In this document: positions 31,073 through 42,346 of the stretch, piece after piece
Layout: each line of letters begins with the position of its first letter
Numbering within the stretch: the first letter of the stretch is position 1
From: Rebecca billardiae RCC1528
Lineage: Eukaryota; Protista; Haptophyta
Assembly (NCBI GenBank): GCA_965240325.2
Contig: OZ251236.1
Location: 930,001-994,000, forward strand
Length of the DNA stretch: 64,000 nt
Reading direction: 5' to 3'
Made by a program: the position numbers and the translations under genes
Notes under the pieces: generated by a model
Databases searched by the model: none
The model's input: the letters and a program-made list of their open reading frames with translations, nothing else
Told to the model about the DNA's origin: nothing

Positions 31073-32218
31073 ATGTACTCGTCAGTCGTCGACGACGACG
31101 ACGGCGCCGCGGCGCCGGTGCAGTTTCACGCGCCGCGGAGCACGTGGGCGGCCCGCATCGCCGCGCTTGTGGCCGCTCTTGCGCTTGCCGTCTACGCCCA
31201 CATGGCGATCACTTCGCTCGAGCACCGCCTGGCCGCGCTCGACACGCGCACCAACCGATCGCTCGTGCGGCTGGACGAGCGCGGGCGGCACATCGACGCG
31301 CGGCTGCGCGCGCTCGAGGCGCACTGGCTCGTGTGGCACCGCGCGTGCGCCCTCGAGACGCGCTTCTTCTCGCGCTGCACCAACATGACGGGGAAGCGGC
31401 TGCACATGCTCGGCGAGCGCCACTCGGGCACCAACGCGTTCGTCGAGCTGATCGAGGAGAACTTCGGGATGAACAAGCGGCCGCACTACGACATCATGCA
31501 CAAGCACATGTGGATGACGAACTCGACCGCCGACCAGGCGTGGATGCTCGAGCAGCTGCGCAAGACGGTGCACGACCCGCTGCCGGTCGCCATCATGGTG
31601 CGCGAGCCCCTGCAGTGGCTGCTCTCGATGAGCCGGCAGCCGCACCACTCGGAGTGGCTGCGCGGGCTGGGCGTGGACGCGTTCGTGCGCGCCTCGCCCT
31701 GGCGCTCGTGGAAGGCGCCCGAGTGGCGCGGCCGCTGCGCCGAGCACGACATGTCCAACGTGCACGAGCGCGTGCGCCGCTGCGCGGTCGACGCGTTCAG
31801 AGACGTGCTCGAGCTGCGTGCCGTCAAGCTGCGGCTGCTGCGGGACGCGTTCGGGATCGCGCGCGTCTCCGACGGGGACGGCAACACGGAGCGGCCGCGC
31901 GCGCCGGAGGGGGGGCCGCTCGTCGTGCGCTTCGAGGACCTCGCGCACGACGGCACCGAGACCGCCTGCCGGATCGCGCGCGAGCTCGGCATCTGCCCGC
32001 GCACGGCGCGCATCGCGCCCCTGACCGCGCGTGTCGTGCCCGGCCACCGCACGACAGCCGTGATGGACGCGTCGCGCATCAGCGAGAGCGGGTGCACCGT
32101 GAGGAGGCACTTCGCCCCGGAGACGCTCGAGCTCATCGAGAGCGCGCTGGACTGGGAGGTCGAAGCGCTCTTCGGCTACTCGCCGCCAAGCGCGTGCGGA
32201 CCGCTCTTAAATCAGTAA
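31073..32218 (+). CDS. Type II membrane (Golgi-type) sulfotransferase-fold protein
   Basis: TM IAALVAALALAVYAH, coiled stem, MLGERHSGTN (5'-PSB-like), VREPLQWLLSM (3'-PB-like), VVRFEDL and LFGY. Confidence 0.75.
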   Translation: MYSSVVDDDDGAAAPVQFHAPRSTWAARIAALVAALALAVYAHMAITSLEHRLAALDTRTNRSLVRLDERGRHIDARLRALEAHWLVWHRACALETRFFSRCTNMTGKRLHMLGERHSGTNAFVELIEENFGMNKRPHYDIMHKHMWMTNSTADQAWMLEQLRKTVHDPLPVAIMVREPLQWLLSMSRQPHHSEWLRGLGVDAFVRASPWRSWKAPEWRGRCAEHDMSNVHERVRRCAVDAFRDVLELRAVKLRLLRDAFGIARVSDGDGNTERPRAPEGGPLVVRFEDLAHDGTETACRIARELGICPRTARIAPLTARVVPGHRTTAVMDASRISESGCTVRRHFAPETLELIESALDWEVEALFGYSPPSACGPLLNQ

Positions 32219-33660
32219 GATTTCACTGATGACTCATCGTCAGAGACGTCAGACTCAGTCTCAGCTATAGTCTCAACTCTTACTGAGTCTCACAGACGTG
32301 CCACTGACTGAGACTCCGCATCAGCCATCATCCGGGCACTAGTCTACCGCACTAGTTTCCGAGAGCTGCTGCGCAATTACGGTGTCCACGAGTCGTACTC
32401 CGCGACCGCTCGTAGCCATCATCAGTGCACCGGACTGACTGGCTGTGACTACTGTGACGAGATACCGAGGCCCAGCTGCTCAGATCGACGGCCGCAGCGC
32501 CGACGTTACGGTACTCGGTACTCGGTAGCACTCTGACTCAGCTGATCGATATGACGACTTACGGCGGAATTCTCGAGGACGATGCCGGTCGAGTCGTCGC
32601 ATCGCCGCGGTCCGCGCCGGGGCTGAGTTTATAGGGTGGGCTGCCAGGTGGCACGCCGCGGCCGGCCAACGACGGCCGGCAATGGCTTCTACTGAATCTG
32701 AATATCTACTGAACGGAGGTACCCCTCTGTCCCCGCGCGCCACGGGTCGTCATAATCCGATACTCATTATTAGTGACCGCGCAGGCAGCAGGAATTCGAT
32801 CCCTAGGCTTAGAGTCTCGGTACGGCCGCGGGCACGCGGCCGGCGGCTTGTTGAAGAATAAAGGTCATATTAACAGGTTATAGATGAGCGTCCGGCAAAT
32901 GCCCTGGAGGCCGGGCTGGCACCGGCTGAAGTCTGACGTGAGTGACGACTGCTCAGAGCCTGAGCAGGCTACGAGTACGAGCCATCACGACTTAAATGTC
33001 TTAATAGTTTATTGTACGAGCGAGTGATGACAGCCGTACGCGAGCGAGTGATGACAGTCGGACAGGCAACGCTGTTTCCGGTCCTAGCCGCTACTACGTT
33101 TACTTTAGTATACTTACCGTATTAGGCCGGTAGGCGTAGACGCGTACTAATTCTATGATTTAAAGACACAGGCGCGTGGTGTCCCGGGGCTACGGTGCTT
33201 ATTTTCAACCGGTGCGCATTTCTTTGTGCGCGCAATTTTTTGAGGGAGGTCGGTGCGGTTTCGTCGGCCGTTATGCGAAGATGATTGATGAATATGATGA
33301 CATCACGGGACTAATCATTGGAATACGACGATTCGATGGCCGTGAGCAGCATGCATAGGTGGCTCGAGTTTCTGTCCAATGATCAAGCGAATGTTCGTCT
33401 TCTAATATCGGGCTATCGGGTCTTCACCCTCTCCATGTACTGAACGGCAAGATCGGTCCTGGACTGATGTCGGTTCAATAATAGCTGATTAGGACGTTCC
33501 ACGTACTTTCGTGCGCCTTCGACGCCCGGTAACCCGTGGACACTCACGGCCGCCTCGAGAAATCTCGTCAAGGCGAGTGTTTGTGAGCGTAAGCACGCCT
33601 TGACTGAACCACCCCAAAACGTCCAGCGAGCTGCTCACGACCAAGCAGCCGATCGCATCC

Positions 33661-35019
33661 ATGCTCCTCGAACCGCAGCCGGGGCTGGAGGCGGGGCGTC
33701 GGCATCGGCGCACGCCTTCTCTAGACACCTTCAAGGCCCGAGTATCCTCGCTCAACTGCTACGCACAGCACGAGGTCGACGACGGCACGCCGGCCGCAAG
33801 GCTCGTGCCCGTCGTCCCCGCGCCCGGCTCTCCCGAGCGCTCCACCTCGAGCTGGAGCTCGAGATCCAAGGGTCACACACCAACCTCACGCTCTCTTGGC
33901 CCGACCCCCAAGCTCCGCTCGCGCGCCGGGTCGCCGCCTGAGACGAAGCCGCTCGGCACCCTCGCGCAGCTCGGCACGCGCTCCGATGCGGAGGCGGCGG
34001 ACACGGACGACAGGGCAGGCTGGTACGCGATTCAGCCGACGCGGTTCAGCGTGCGCTCGCAGAACTACCTCGTGGACCACCGCAAGATGCCGAGCATGGA
34101 TTCGGTCTTCCGATGCGTCGCAGTCGACCTGTTCACCTCCGATGGCCTCCTCGAGGTGCGCGCGCGCGCGCGCGCGCGCCCCGCCACGAGGCGGGCGCGC
34201 CGCGCGTTATGCGTTGCAGAGCTGATTGACGCTCGCGCGCCCACGCGTGAATTCGCCCTGCCTCGCACGCAGGACTTCGCGACGCGACCAGGCTCGTCGG
34301 TGCACGAGCTGCTGCACACGCGCCGCGACGCCGAGCTCTTTGTGCTCAACATCTCGCTACCCGGGCCGCCCACCTACTCGCTCGTGCACGTGTTTGAGCG
34401 CACGCCCGTCGGGCAGCGCTTGCCCGGCTCGGAGCGCGCGCACAGGCTGTACGACCAGTTCGTCGCCGCCGAGCCCGCGTGGCGCGACAAGCGGCTCAAG
34501 ATCCTGGCGAGCTGCGTCTCGGGGCCGCTCGCCATCCGCTCGGCCGTGCCAGCGCGGCCTGCAATCATGGGGACAAAGGTGCCGCTGCGCTGGCACAGGC
34601 ACGAGCGCTCGCTCGAGGTGGTGCTCGACGTGGCCTTCTCCTCGGTGGCCGCGCCCGTCTGGCGCCTCATGCGCGGCGTGACCCGGAAGGTGCGCTGCGC
34701 AACGCCCCGCACGCGCCTCGCCGCCCCAGCCACCCCGGGGCTCTCAAGGCCCACGGCTCACGCCGTCCGGCGCGTCGGTCGTGCTTTCGCGCGCGCGCGC
34801 GCTCGCCCTCAGGTGGTGCTGGACCTAGCTCTCATCATCGAGGCGACGGAGGAGGAGCAGCTGCCGGAGCAGGTGCTGGGATGCATGCAGTGGCACAAGC
34901 CCAACATGGCCGAAGCGCAGTCGGCACCGTCCGCGATGTTGAAGCCGCCCGGCGCAGACCCGGCAGCCCAGCGGCCGAACAGCGCTCCCAACGCACGGCC
35001 AAATCAGCAGCACAAGTGA
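33661..35019 (+). CDS. EDR2 C-terminal-like (DUF1336) protein (~372 aa); exons 33661-34155, 34273-34689, 34813-35019
   Basis: GW...FSVRSQNYLVDHRKMPS, VDLF, FVLNISLPG, RDKRLK and VVLDLALIIEATEEEQLPEQVLG; two GTGCGC...CAG introns. Confidence 0.85.
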   Translation: MLLEPQPGLEAGRRHRRTPSLDTFKARVSSLNCYAQHEVDDGTPAARLVPVVPAPGSPERSTSSWSSRSKGHTPTSRSLGPTPKLRSRAGSPPETKPLGTLAQLGTRSDAEAADTDDRAGWYAIQPTRFSVRSQNYLVDHRKMPSMDSVFRCVAVDLFTSDGLLEVRARARARPATRRARRALCVAELIDARAPTREFALPRTQDFATRPGSSVHELLHTRRDAELFVLNISLPGPPTYSLVHVFERTPVGQRLPGSERAHRLYDQFVAAEPAWRDKRLKILASCVSGPLAIRSAVPARPAIMGTKVPLRWHRHERSLEVVLDVAFSSVAAPVWRLMRGVTRKVRCATPRTRLAAPATPGLSRPTAHAVRRVGRAFARARARPQVVLDLALIIEATEEEQLPEQVLGCMQWHKPNMAEAQSAPSAMLKPPGADPAAQRPNSAPNARPNQQHK

Positions 35020-35337
35020 TGTGGACCATCATGTACAACACTACAACTCGACGAGCAGACTGTGGCGACCGTGGCTGGCTACGTCACTCGGACCGGGCGA
35101 ACGCGCCGGGCTGGCGACGCAACGGCCGGCTGCGATGCCGGACTGCTACGGTGACCGGGTGCCCGGTGCCGGGCCACCGCTCCGGCACCCAGCGAATCGC
35201 CTAAATAAGCCCGCCATTCGGTCACGGAAATGGCGGTTATTGTAGAACTTTGTTATTTCTGCTGTTTTTCACTGACACTCGGGCACCGGCAGAGCTCGAT
35301 CTAACGTTCGAGTTTCGCGACTGCTCGCGGTCCGCGA

Positions 35338-35463
<126 letters not shown>

Positions 35464-36046
35464 TGAACTCCCCGCGGCACTGCGGCCCGCTGTTACTACT
35501 ACTGGCGTTCATTTCTGAGGACGGCGCCGACTGACCGGGTCCGCTGAGTCTGACTCTGAGACTCTCTGACGGGCGCGGCCGCGGGACGGAGAGTCGGAGA
35601 GTGGCGACTGCCCCGGAGCCGCCGGACTCGGGCCGCGGAGGCTCCGCCGTCCGCCCGCGGAGACCGCGGACTGCCGGACTGGCGCGGAGGCGCCGGGGCC
35701 CCGCGCGGCCGCGGGCGCGGGCGAGACTCGGTGACGGACGATGAGGCACACAGCTCAGCACTGCCATGGGCATGGGGGCCGCGTTAGTCGTTACGACCGG
35801 TCTGCGGTCACTCGACACGTTCGTGAATGCACACAGCGTCCTCGGGGCAGGCTCTTGGAGAACAACACTGTCTGTGAGAGAAATCGGTCCTGGACTCATT
35901 CTATGATTATTTAACGACACAGGTAGGACGACGCGGGTCTCCTGATTCGTCGGCTGACGAACGCCGGACTTTTTTTAAAAAGGTACGTATTGGAAATCGA
36001 GTGCTCACACACGCTGATGGGGTCCCTTCCGGGCCGCGCGGTCCTC

Positions 36047-38435
36047 ATGGTGCGCGGCATCGTTGCGAGGGCCGCTGGCCGTGGCCGTCGGCAGCGGGTC
36101 ACGCAGCACTGAATCAGCAGACATCCCATCGAATTGTCCAGCAGCCGCACTCAACCCCGTCCCCACCACTCACCCCGGCGCGCGGTGCGGTGCGCATCAG
36201 GAGCCCAAGCGGTCGGATGGCATACACCCACGCGCCGCCGCATGGACGGCGTTCCAGCGCAGATTCCTGCTCGTCGTCTCATCGATCGTCGTAATCGTTG
36301 GTATCGAGCTCTTCGTCACCGGCGTGTTCCTCAGCCGCGCCCTGAGCACGGTGGCCGAGGAGACGGAGTGCACGAGCGGGCTGTCCGAGGTGTACACCGC
36401 GATGGATGAGTGCGTGGCAGGCTCGTCCACGAGTAGCAGGGCGCAGCTGAACGGGACGGCCACCGTCTCCGACCTGGTGGTGAGGGGCACGCGCGTCGCC
36501 CTGCTCCGCACCCACGCGCCGCGCTGCCGGCGTAGGCTCGCCTCCCTGCCGCTCGCTCACGCGTGCCTGGCTCGCACCCGCGCGCCCTCCTCGCGCCCCC
36601 GTGCACGCCGCGCGCGCGCTGCTCGTGCGTAGGCGCCGTACATCCTCTCGTTCCTGATGCTCGCGTGGGTGTCCTCCGCCGCGGGCGCAGCCGGCGTGTA
36701 CGCGGCGCGCCGCGGCAAGGGCCTCAGCGCGGTCGCCATGGGGTTTGGCGTGATGGCGCTGCTGTTCGGAGCGATCGCTGCGGCCGTGTTTGTGATGCAG
36801 CGGCACATGCGCTCGGACACGCTGTGCTCGGGCCGGCAGCACGGCGGCATCGAGCGCACGGGCGAGTGCGTCGCCATGCTGAACGAGGAGATCGGGGCGG
36901 CGATGGCAGGCTGCGCCCTCACGTCGACCGTCGAGGTCGACGATGACGGGCCCGGCGAGTCGTCGGGCCCCGCGGTCTCCGCGGGCGGCGCCGGCCAGCT
37001 GTCGCTCCGGCCTGCAGACTTCTTCTGCACGGCGCTCGGAGTGGAGCACGCGCGCACGCCGAGCGACTGCGACTGCGCGTGCCTGGACAGGGCTGCGCGC
37101 ATGTGCTCGGCGATCCCGCTCTTCACCACGCTCTTTGCGAGCTGCTCGGCCATGGCGCTCCTCGCTCTGGCCGCGGCTGGCCTGGGCTGCGTCCTGTGCT
37201 GTCGCGCGCGACGAGATCCGTTGCGAAGCAGGCACGGCACCCCGGGCAGCGCCGGAGGCGGGTACGACAGCCCGGGCAGCGTAGACGACGAGTCGCCGCA
37301 CGCCGAGCGCGCAACGGTGCAGCTGCACACGCTCCACACGCCGAAGGGGGGCGATGGCACACACCCACGCGCCGCCGCATGGACGGCGTTCCAGCGCAGA
37401 TTCCTGCTCGTCGTCTCATCGATCGTCGTCATCGTTGGCATCGAGCTCTTCATCACCGGCGTGTTCCTCAGCCGCGCCCTGAGCACGGTGGCCGAGGAGA
37501 CGGAGTGCACGAGCGGGCTGTCCGAGGTGTACACCGCGATGGATGAGTGCGTGGCAGGCTCGTCCACGAGTAGCAGGGCGCAGCTGAACGGGACGGCCAC
37601 CGTCTCCGACCTGGTGGTGAGGGGCACGCGCGTCGCCCTGCTCCGCACCCACGCGCCGCGCTGCCGGCGTAGGCTCGCCTCCCTGCCGCTCGCTCACGCG
37701 TGCCTGGCTCGCACCCGCGCGCCCTCCTCGCGCCCCCGTGCACGCCGCGCGCGCGCTGCTCGTGCGTAGGCGCCGTACATCCTCTCGTTCCTGATGCTCG
37801 CGTGGGTGTCCTCCGCCGCGGGCGCAGCCGGCGTGTACGCGGCGCGCCGCGGCAAGGGCCTCAGCGCGGTCGCCGTGGGGTTTGGCGTGATGGCGCTGCT
37901 GTACGGAGCGATCGCTGCGGCCGTGTTTGTGATGCAGCGGCACATGCGCTCGGACACGCTGTGCTCGGGCCGGCAGCACGGCGGCATCGAGCGCACGGGC
38001 GAGTGCGTCGCCATGCTGAACGAGGAGATCGGGGCGGCGATGGCAGGCTGCGCCCTCACGTCGACCGTCGAGGTCGACGATGGCGGGCCCGGCGAGTCGT
38101 CGGGCCCCGCGGTCTCCGCGGGCGGCGCCGGCCAGCTGTCGCTCCGGCCTGCAGACTTCTTCTGCACGGCGCTCGGAGTGGAGCACGCGCGCACGCCGAG
38201 CGACTGCGACTGCGCGTGCCTGGACAGGGCTGCGCGCATGTGCTCAGCGATCCCGCTCTTCACCACGCTCTTTGCGAGCTGCTCGGCCATGGCGCTCCTC
38301 GCTCTGGCCGCAGCTGGCCTGGGCTGCGTCCTGTGCTGTCGCGCGCGACGAGATCCGCTGCGAAGCAGGCACGGCACCCCGGGCAGCGCAGGTGGCAACT
38401 CGTCTACTGATGCCGAGCATGCGATGATGCACTGA
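36047..38435 (+). CDS. Tandem double four-TM (tetraspanin-like topology) protein (~643 aa); exons 36047-36049, 36201-36479, 36633-37616, 37770-38435
   Basis: Each half has three TM helices, a Cys-rich large loop and a fourth TM ending in VLCC. Introns GTGAGG...TAG at 36480-36632 and 37617-37769; probable ATG-only first exon. No CCG motif. Confidence 0.65.
36216..38389. repeat. Intragenic direct duplication: 36216-37252 and 37353-38389 (period 1137 bp)
   Basis: Near-identical copies including the intron, with roughly ten substitutions and a 100-bp unique linker. Confidence 0.95.
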
Positions 38436-38788
38436 CGAGGGCCGCGAGTTCCTGGTCAGGCCCCTGGCGTACGACACAGTGACTTAGTACACGCTCAGCG
38501 AGGTAGTATTAAAGGGGGCCCCGCTGTAAGTGTAATAATATTATATAATATATTCCCCTCGACGATCGATCATCCGGACTGGTGCCCAGCGCGGTCGTAT
38601 TCACAATGTACCGCCCGCTTTACATATGGACGAGGGCGCCCGTTTCAATCGGAAGTAGACGGTGTTCGATTGGGCGTCACCGTGATCGTGACTGTCAGTG
38701 CGGGGAACGCCCCGCCTGTCGGCCTGATCACTGATGCGACGAGAGTCGTCGAGAACGCCTGACGACAATGATCATCGTCATGTCATCG

Positions 38789-40111
38789 TCAGAACGAGCC
38801 CTCGAGCTCCACGTCGTCGAGGTCGTCCAAGGGCTCCTCCTCTGGAGGCACGCCGTCCTGTCCATCCCACTCGTCGACCGCGTCGAGTGAGCCAAAGGAG
38901 CTGACCTGCGTTGTGCCAATCCCTCCGGTGAGCACGCCCACCAGGAACGAGTTGATGTGATTCAGGTCGAACGCATCGCGCATCTGTGCGAATCGCAGCT
39001 TGCTCGGCGAGGCGGCGATCATGGCCGGATAGCCCCCAAAGCCGCCGAGCGCGGCCTCCAGCCCCGGCTGCTGCCCCGCCTCCACCCACATGAACGTCGC
39101 GGGTGACCTGCGGTTCTTCTTGGCCGCCTGCTTGAGCGTGTCCAGGTACTCGTTGCGCCCGGCCGCGCCCGAGTCGAGGATGTGTGGCAGGAAGGCGATC
39201 AGCAGCAGCGTGTTCTTCTTGCCGCTCGCCGCGCGCCACACGGCGTCGCTCACGAGCTGCCGCACCTCGGGCTCCTTCCCGAGCACCTCCAGCTTCGCGT
39301 GCGCGTACTCCTCGATCCCCGCCGCCTCCCGCGGGCCGTCGTAATCCTCGACCAGCCCGCGGTAGATGAACTTGATCGTCGGGTAGCCCTTCACGTCGTA
39401 CTCGGCGGCGAGCGCCTGCTCCGCCGTCGCGTCGACGGCGCCGAGGGAGAACTCGGATCCGAGGGCCTGCGCCGCGTGCTTCCACTCGGGCTCGAGCCGC
39501 TTGCAGTGCCCGCACCACGGCGCGTAGAAGGAGACGAGCCACGGCTGGTCAGACTCGAGCACCTTGGTCTTGAAGTTGGACTTGGTCAGGGTCACGACGT
39601 GCGTGCCCATGAAGGGCTCGTGTCCCGCGTGCTTCCCAGCGCCGCCGCCACCCTGCGACGGCTTGCTGCCACCACTACTGCCGCCGCCCAGCCGCGTGTT
39701 CACCAGCTCCTGCGCCGCCTTCAGCCCCGCCTGTGCAATCGACTTGGCGTCGCGGCCGCCGTTGTAGTCGGAGGGCGTTCCCTTCTTCAAGCCGAAGATC
39801 TTGATGGTGGGGTAGCCCTGCACGCCGTACGTCGCGGCGAGCTGCTGCTCCGCAGTCGCGTCCACCGCCACCACCTTGACCACGCCCTTCAGCGCCTTCG
39901 CCGCCTTCTTCCAGTCGGGGACCAGGTTCTTGCAATGGCCGCACCACGGCGCAAAGAACTCCACGAGCACGACGCCGTCGGCATCGAGGACCTCCGTCTT
40001 GAAGCCGTTCGCATCGACGACGCGCACGCCGTCCTTTGGGCCATAAAGGGCGTGCGCGCCCACGCAGAGCAGCGCGAGCAAGGCGCACGCTCGTCGCCCG
40101 TGCGCGAGCAT
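38789..40111 (-). CDS. PDIA6: Protein disulfide-isomerase P5/PDIA6-like
   Basis: Signal peptide, two thioredoxin domains with APWCGHC, Gly-rich linker, P5-type C-terminal domain (FLPHILDSGA...GFGGYPAM...WDGQDG) and acidic tail. Confidence 0.93.
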   Translation of the reverse strand: MLAHGRRACALLALLCVGAHALYGPKDGVRVVDANGFKTEVLDADGVVLVEFFAPWCGHCKNLVPDWKKAAKALKGVVKVVAVDATAEQQLAATYGVQGYPTIKIFGLKKGTPSDYNGGRDAKSIAQAGLKAAQELVNTRLGGGSSGGSKPSQGGGGAGKHAGHEPFMGTHVVTLTKSNFKTKVLESDQPWLVSFYAPWCGHCKRLEPEWKHAAQALGSEFSLGAVDATAEQALAAEYDVKGYPTIKFIYRGLVEDYDGPREAAGIEEYAHAKLEVLGKEPEVRQLVSDAVWRAASGKKNTLLLIAFLPHILDSGAAGRNEYLDTLKQAAKKNRRSPATFMWVEAGQQPGLEAALGGFGGYPAMIAASPSKLRFAQMRDAFDLNHINSFLVGVLTGGIGTTQVSSFGSLDAVDEWDGQDGVPPEEEPLDDLDDVELEGSF

Positions 40112-40355
40112 TGGCGCGTGGCGAGGCGGTCGAGACGCGAGCGTTGCCTTTCGCGCGGCTGCACGTCCGCTCTCGACTCTCGTTGTGGAGGTCCGGGAGG
40201 GCGCACTTCTACTTCACTGCACACGTCCGGACCCGGCACGGCGGCGGCAGTGGACAACACGCACGCACGCACGGGTGGACACGGTGGACAGGAAAACCAG
40301 CCAGCCAAACCCATCCGCGCATGGAGGCGATCTCGACAGACGACTCGGGATCACC

Positions 40356-40673
40356 ATGCCACGCACGGCCGGGGCGGAGGGGAGCGCGCCAGAAGGCGCA
40401 GGCACGCAAGTGATCTACATTCACGTCAAGGCCCAGGCTGATCACCCCCCCGTCCAGTTCAAGGCGCAACCAAACATGAAGATGCAGAAGCTCATGGACG
40501 CTTACTGTAAGCGCCATGGCGAGGACCAAGCTTCCCTACGCTTCCTATATGAAGGCAGGCGTATAAGCCCAGACGAAACGGCCTTGGATCTCGAGCTGAA
40601 GGATGGCGACTACATAGACGTCTTCTACGAGCAATTGGCCGGGTCTTTGATCCGGCAACAGCAGGCAGAGTGA
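40356..40673 (+). CDS. SUMO-like ubiquitin-fold protein with atypical C-terminus (EQLAG)
   Basis: IYIHVKAQ...VQFK...MQKLMDAYCKRHG...LRFLYEGRRI...ETALDLELKDGDYIDVFYEQ. Confidence 0.88.
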   Translation: MPRTAGAEGSAPEGAGTQVIYIHVKAQADHPPVQFKAQPNMKMQKLMDAYCKRHGEDQASLRFLYEGRRISPDETALDLELKDGDYIDVFYEQLAGSLIRQQQAE

Positions 40674-41270
40674 GAGCTGGCGGACCTGATCTTCGGACCA
40701 GTCGGACCGCCGCCGGGCGCCGGTGCATGTTACAACAAATGGCGGTCATGGGACCATGAGTCCTAATGCGGTGGTGAATTCGATCTACTATAGCTGCTGT
40801 TCACAGTCTTATCTTCGTCAGTCGGATCGTCACGTCTTCCGTGCACATGCCGCAGATCAATCACCTACTGTACCGGGAGACGGTCCGTGAGCCGCCGGCG
40901 CCGCTGTCCGAGCCGGCCGCCGGGTAACGGTGTCGAATTACCTAAGAGCCGCGGACGAATTCGTCACGAAGTAACGACGGCTGATCAGATTGACTGCTAT
41001 GTAGCTACGATATATCGGATATCGTCGCCGAGAGGCCGAGTAGACTACAGCGGCCAGTCACTCGGTGGCTACTGGCTTTCGCCGCGCGGGCCGTTACCTA
41101 TTCGGTATTCCGCGCCGTTAACCCCTTTAATACTCCTTTACAGCCGCCGCCTGGCCCTGTACTAGTTGTAGTACTATACTCGTCTACGAGTAACAACGAA
41201 TAGGGCAGCGGCGCGGGCAGCCGTTCCGGACCCTGGGCACCTGACAGTGATAATCAGTCGCGGCCCGAGC

Positions 41271-41394
41271 CGAGTAAGCCGCTATAGCTGCTATTACTCC
41301 GGTATCGGTCACAGCAACGATTTTTTTAAAGCGGCCGTTAAGGAAACTCCAATGGCGAGTAAGCCGCTATAGCTGCTATTACTCCGGTATCGGT
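41271..41394. repeat. Two perfect 39-bp direct repeats (41271-41309, 41356-41394) with a 46-bp spacer
   Basis: CGAGTAAGCCGCTATAGCTGCTATTACTCCGGTATCGGT occurs twice. Confidence 0.95.
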
Positions 41395-41481
41395 AGTAAC
41401 TTATTGACGAGGGAATTGATGAGTACAGCTAACTAGCAATTCGGAGTCGAGTGGCCGCATTCTGATTATTACCTGCTGACT

Positions 41482-41520
41482 CGGTCAGCCAGGCGTCACT
41501 CAGTGACGCCTGGCTGACCG
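41482..41520. repeat. Perfect 19-bp-arm palindrome with 1-nt centre
   Basis: CGGTCAGCCAGGCGTCACT-C-AGTGACGCCTGGCTGACCG. Confidence 0.95.
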
Positions 41521-42059
41521 GCGTCAGCTACTAGCTAGGCGCGCCGTCAGCCCCGGTGACAACGCGGCCAGTGACGTGAACGGGCCCGGCGGTGGCGGCG
41601 GCGCGGGACGCCGCGGCCGGCCCCGCCAGCTTGACTGCTACCGTCCGAGACTGCGGACCGTGACCGTAGTGTTATTTACTTAGTTTGACGACTGCACTAT
41701 ACACGTGTCCGCGCGTCTCTCCGCTCGCAGGCGCAGCCGCGCCGACTGCGCCCGACGGCCGACCGGTCGGGCGGCCAAGCCCGACACCGAGTCCGATTTA
41801 TTATTTTATTATAGCTCGCTTAGTTATCGGCCGCTGGAGACTAGGTACGACAGTTGCTGATCATCAGACATCAGCATCATCACTGACGTGAGTGACGAGT
41901 CAGCGGCAGCAGTATTCATGAGCACTCAGACCGGCCGTGCACACCGCGGACCGGCCTGAACCGGCTCGGAACCCGTAACCGGGCAGCGCATGAGCTGAGC
42001 ACATCCCCGGGCCGCATTACGGCCCGCTTGAATTGATGATGATTATTTAAATAGTCGCG

Positions 42060-42253
42060 TCTCTGCTCTCTCTCTCTCTCTCGACATCTCTCTCTCTCTC
42101 ATCACCCACCCCGGCCCCGCTCTGCCGTAGGGGGGCAGGGCCATGCGGGTGCGGCGCACTGCCTGGCCTGGTCCGGGAAGGCGCGGACGCATTCTATGTG
42201 TCTGCTGCACTCTGCTGAGCCTGACGCTTGCCCGTTGCATACCACGTCGTCGT

Positions 42254-42290
<37 letters not shown>

Positions 42291-42346
42291 TAGTAGTAGT
42301 CGTAGTATATATATATATATACTTTAATATTATATATATTATTTAA
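42060..42346. repeat. (CT)n tract, dispersed repeat copy (~42110-42255) and (TA)n/(GTA)n tract
   Basis: The middle part is the reverse complement of ~30150-30285 with short indels; microsatellites flank it. Confidence 0.85.

Noticed and set aside
41271-41394. CRISPR-like repeat-spacer-repeat
   Set aside because: Only two repeats, eukaryotic context and no cas genes.
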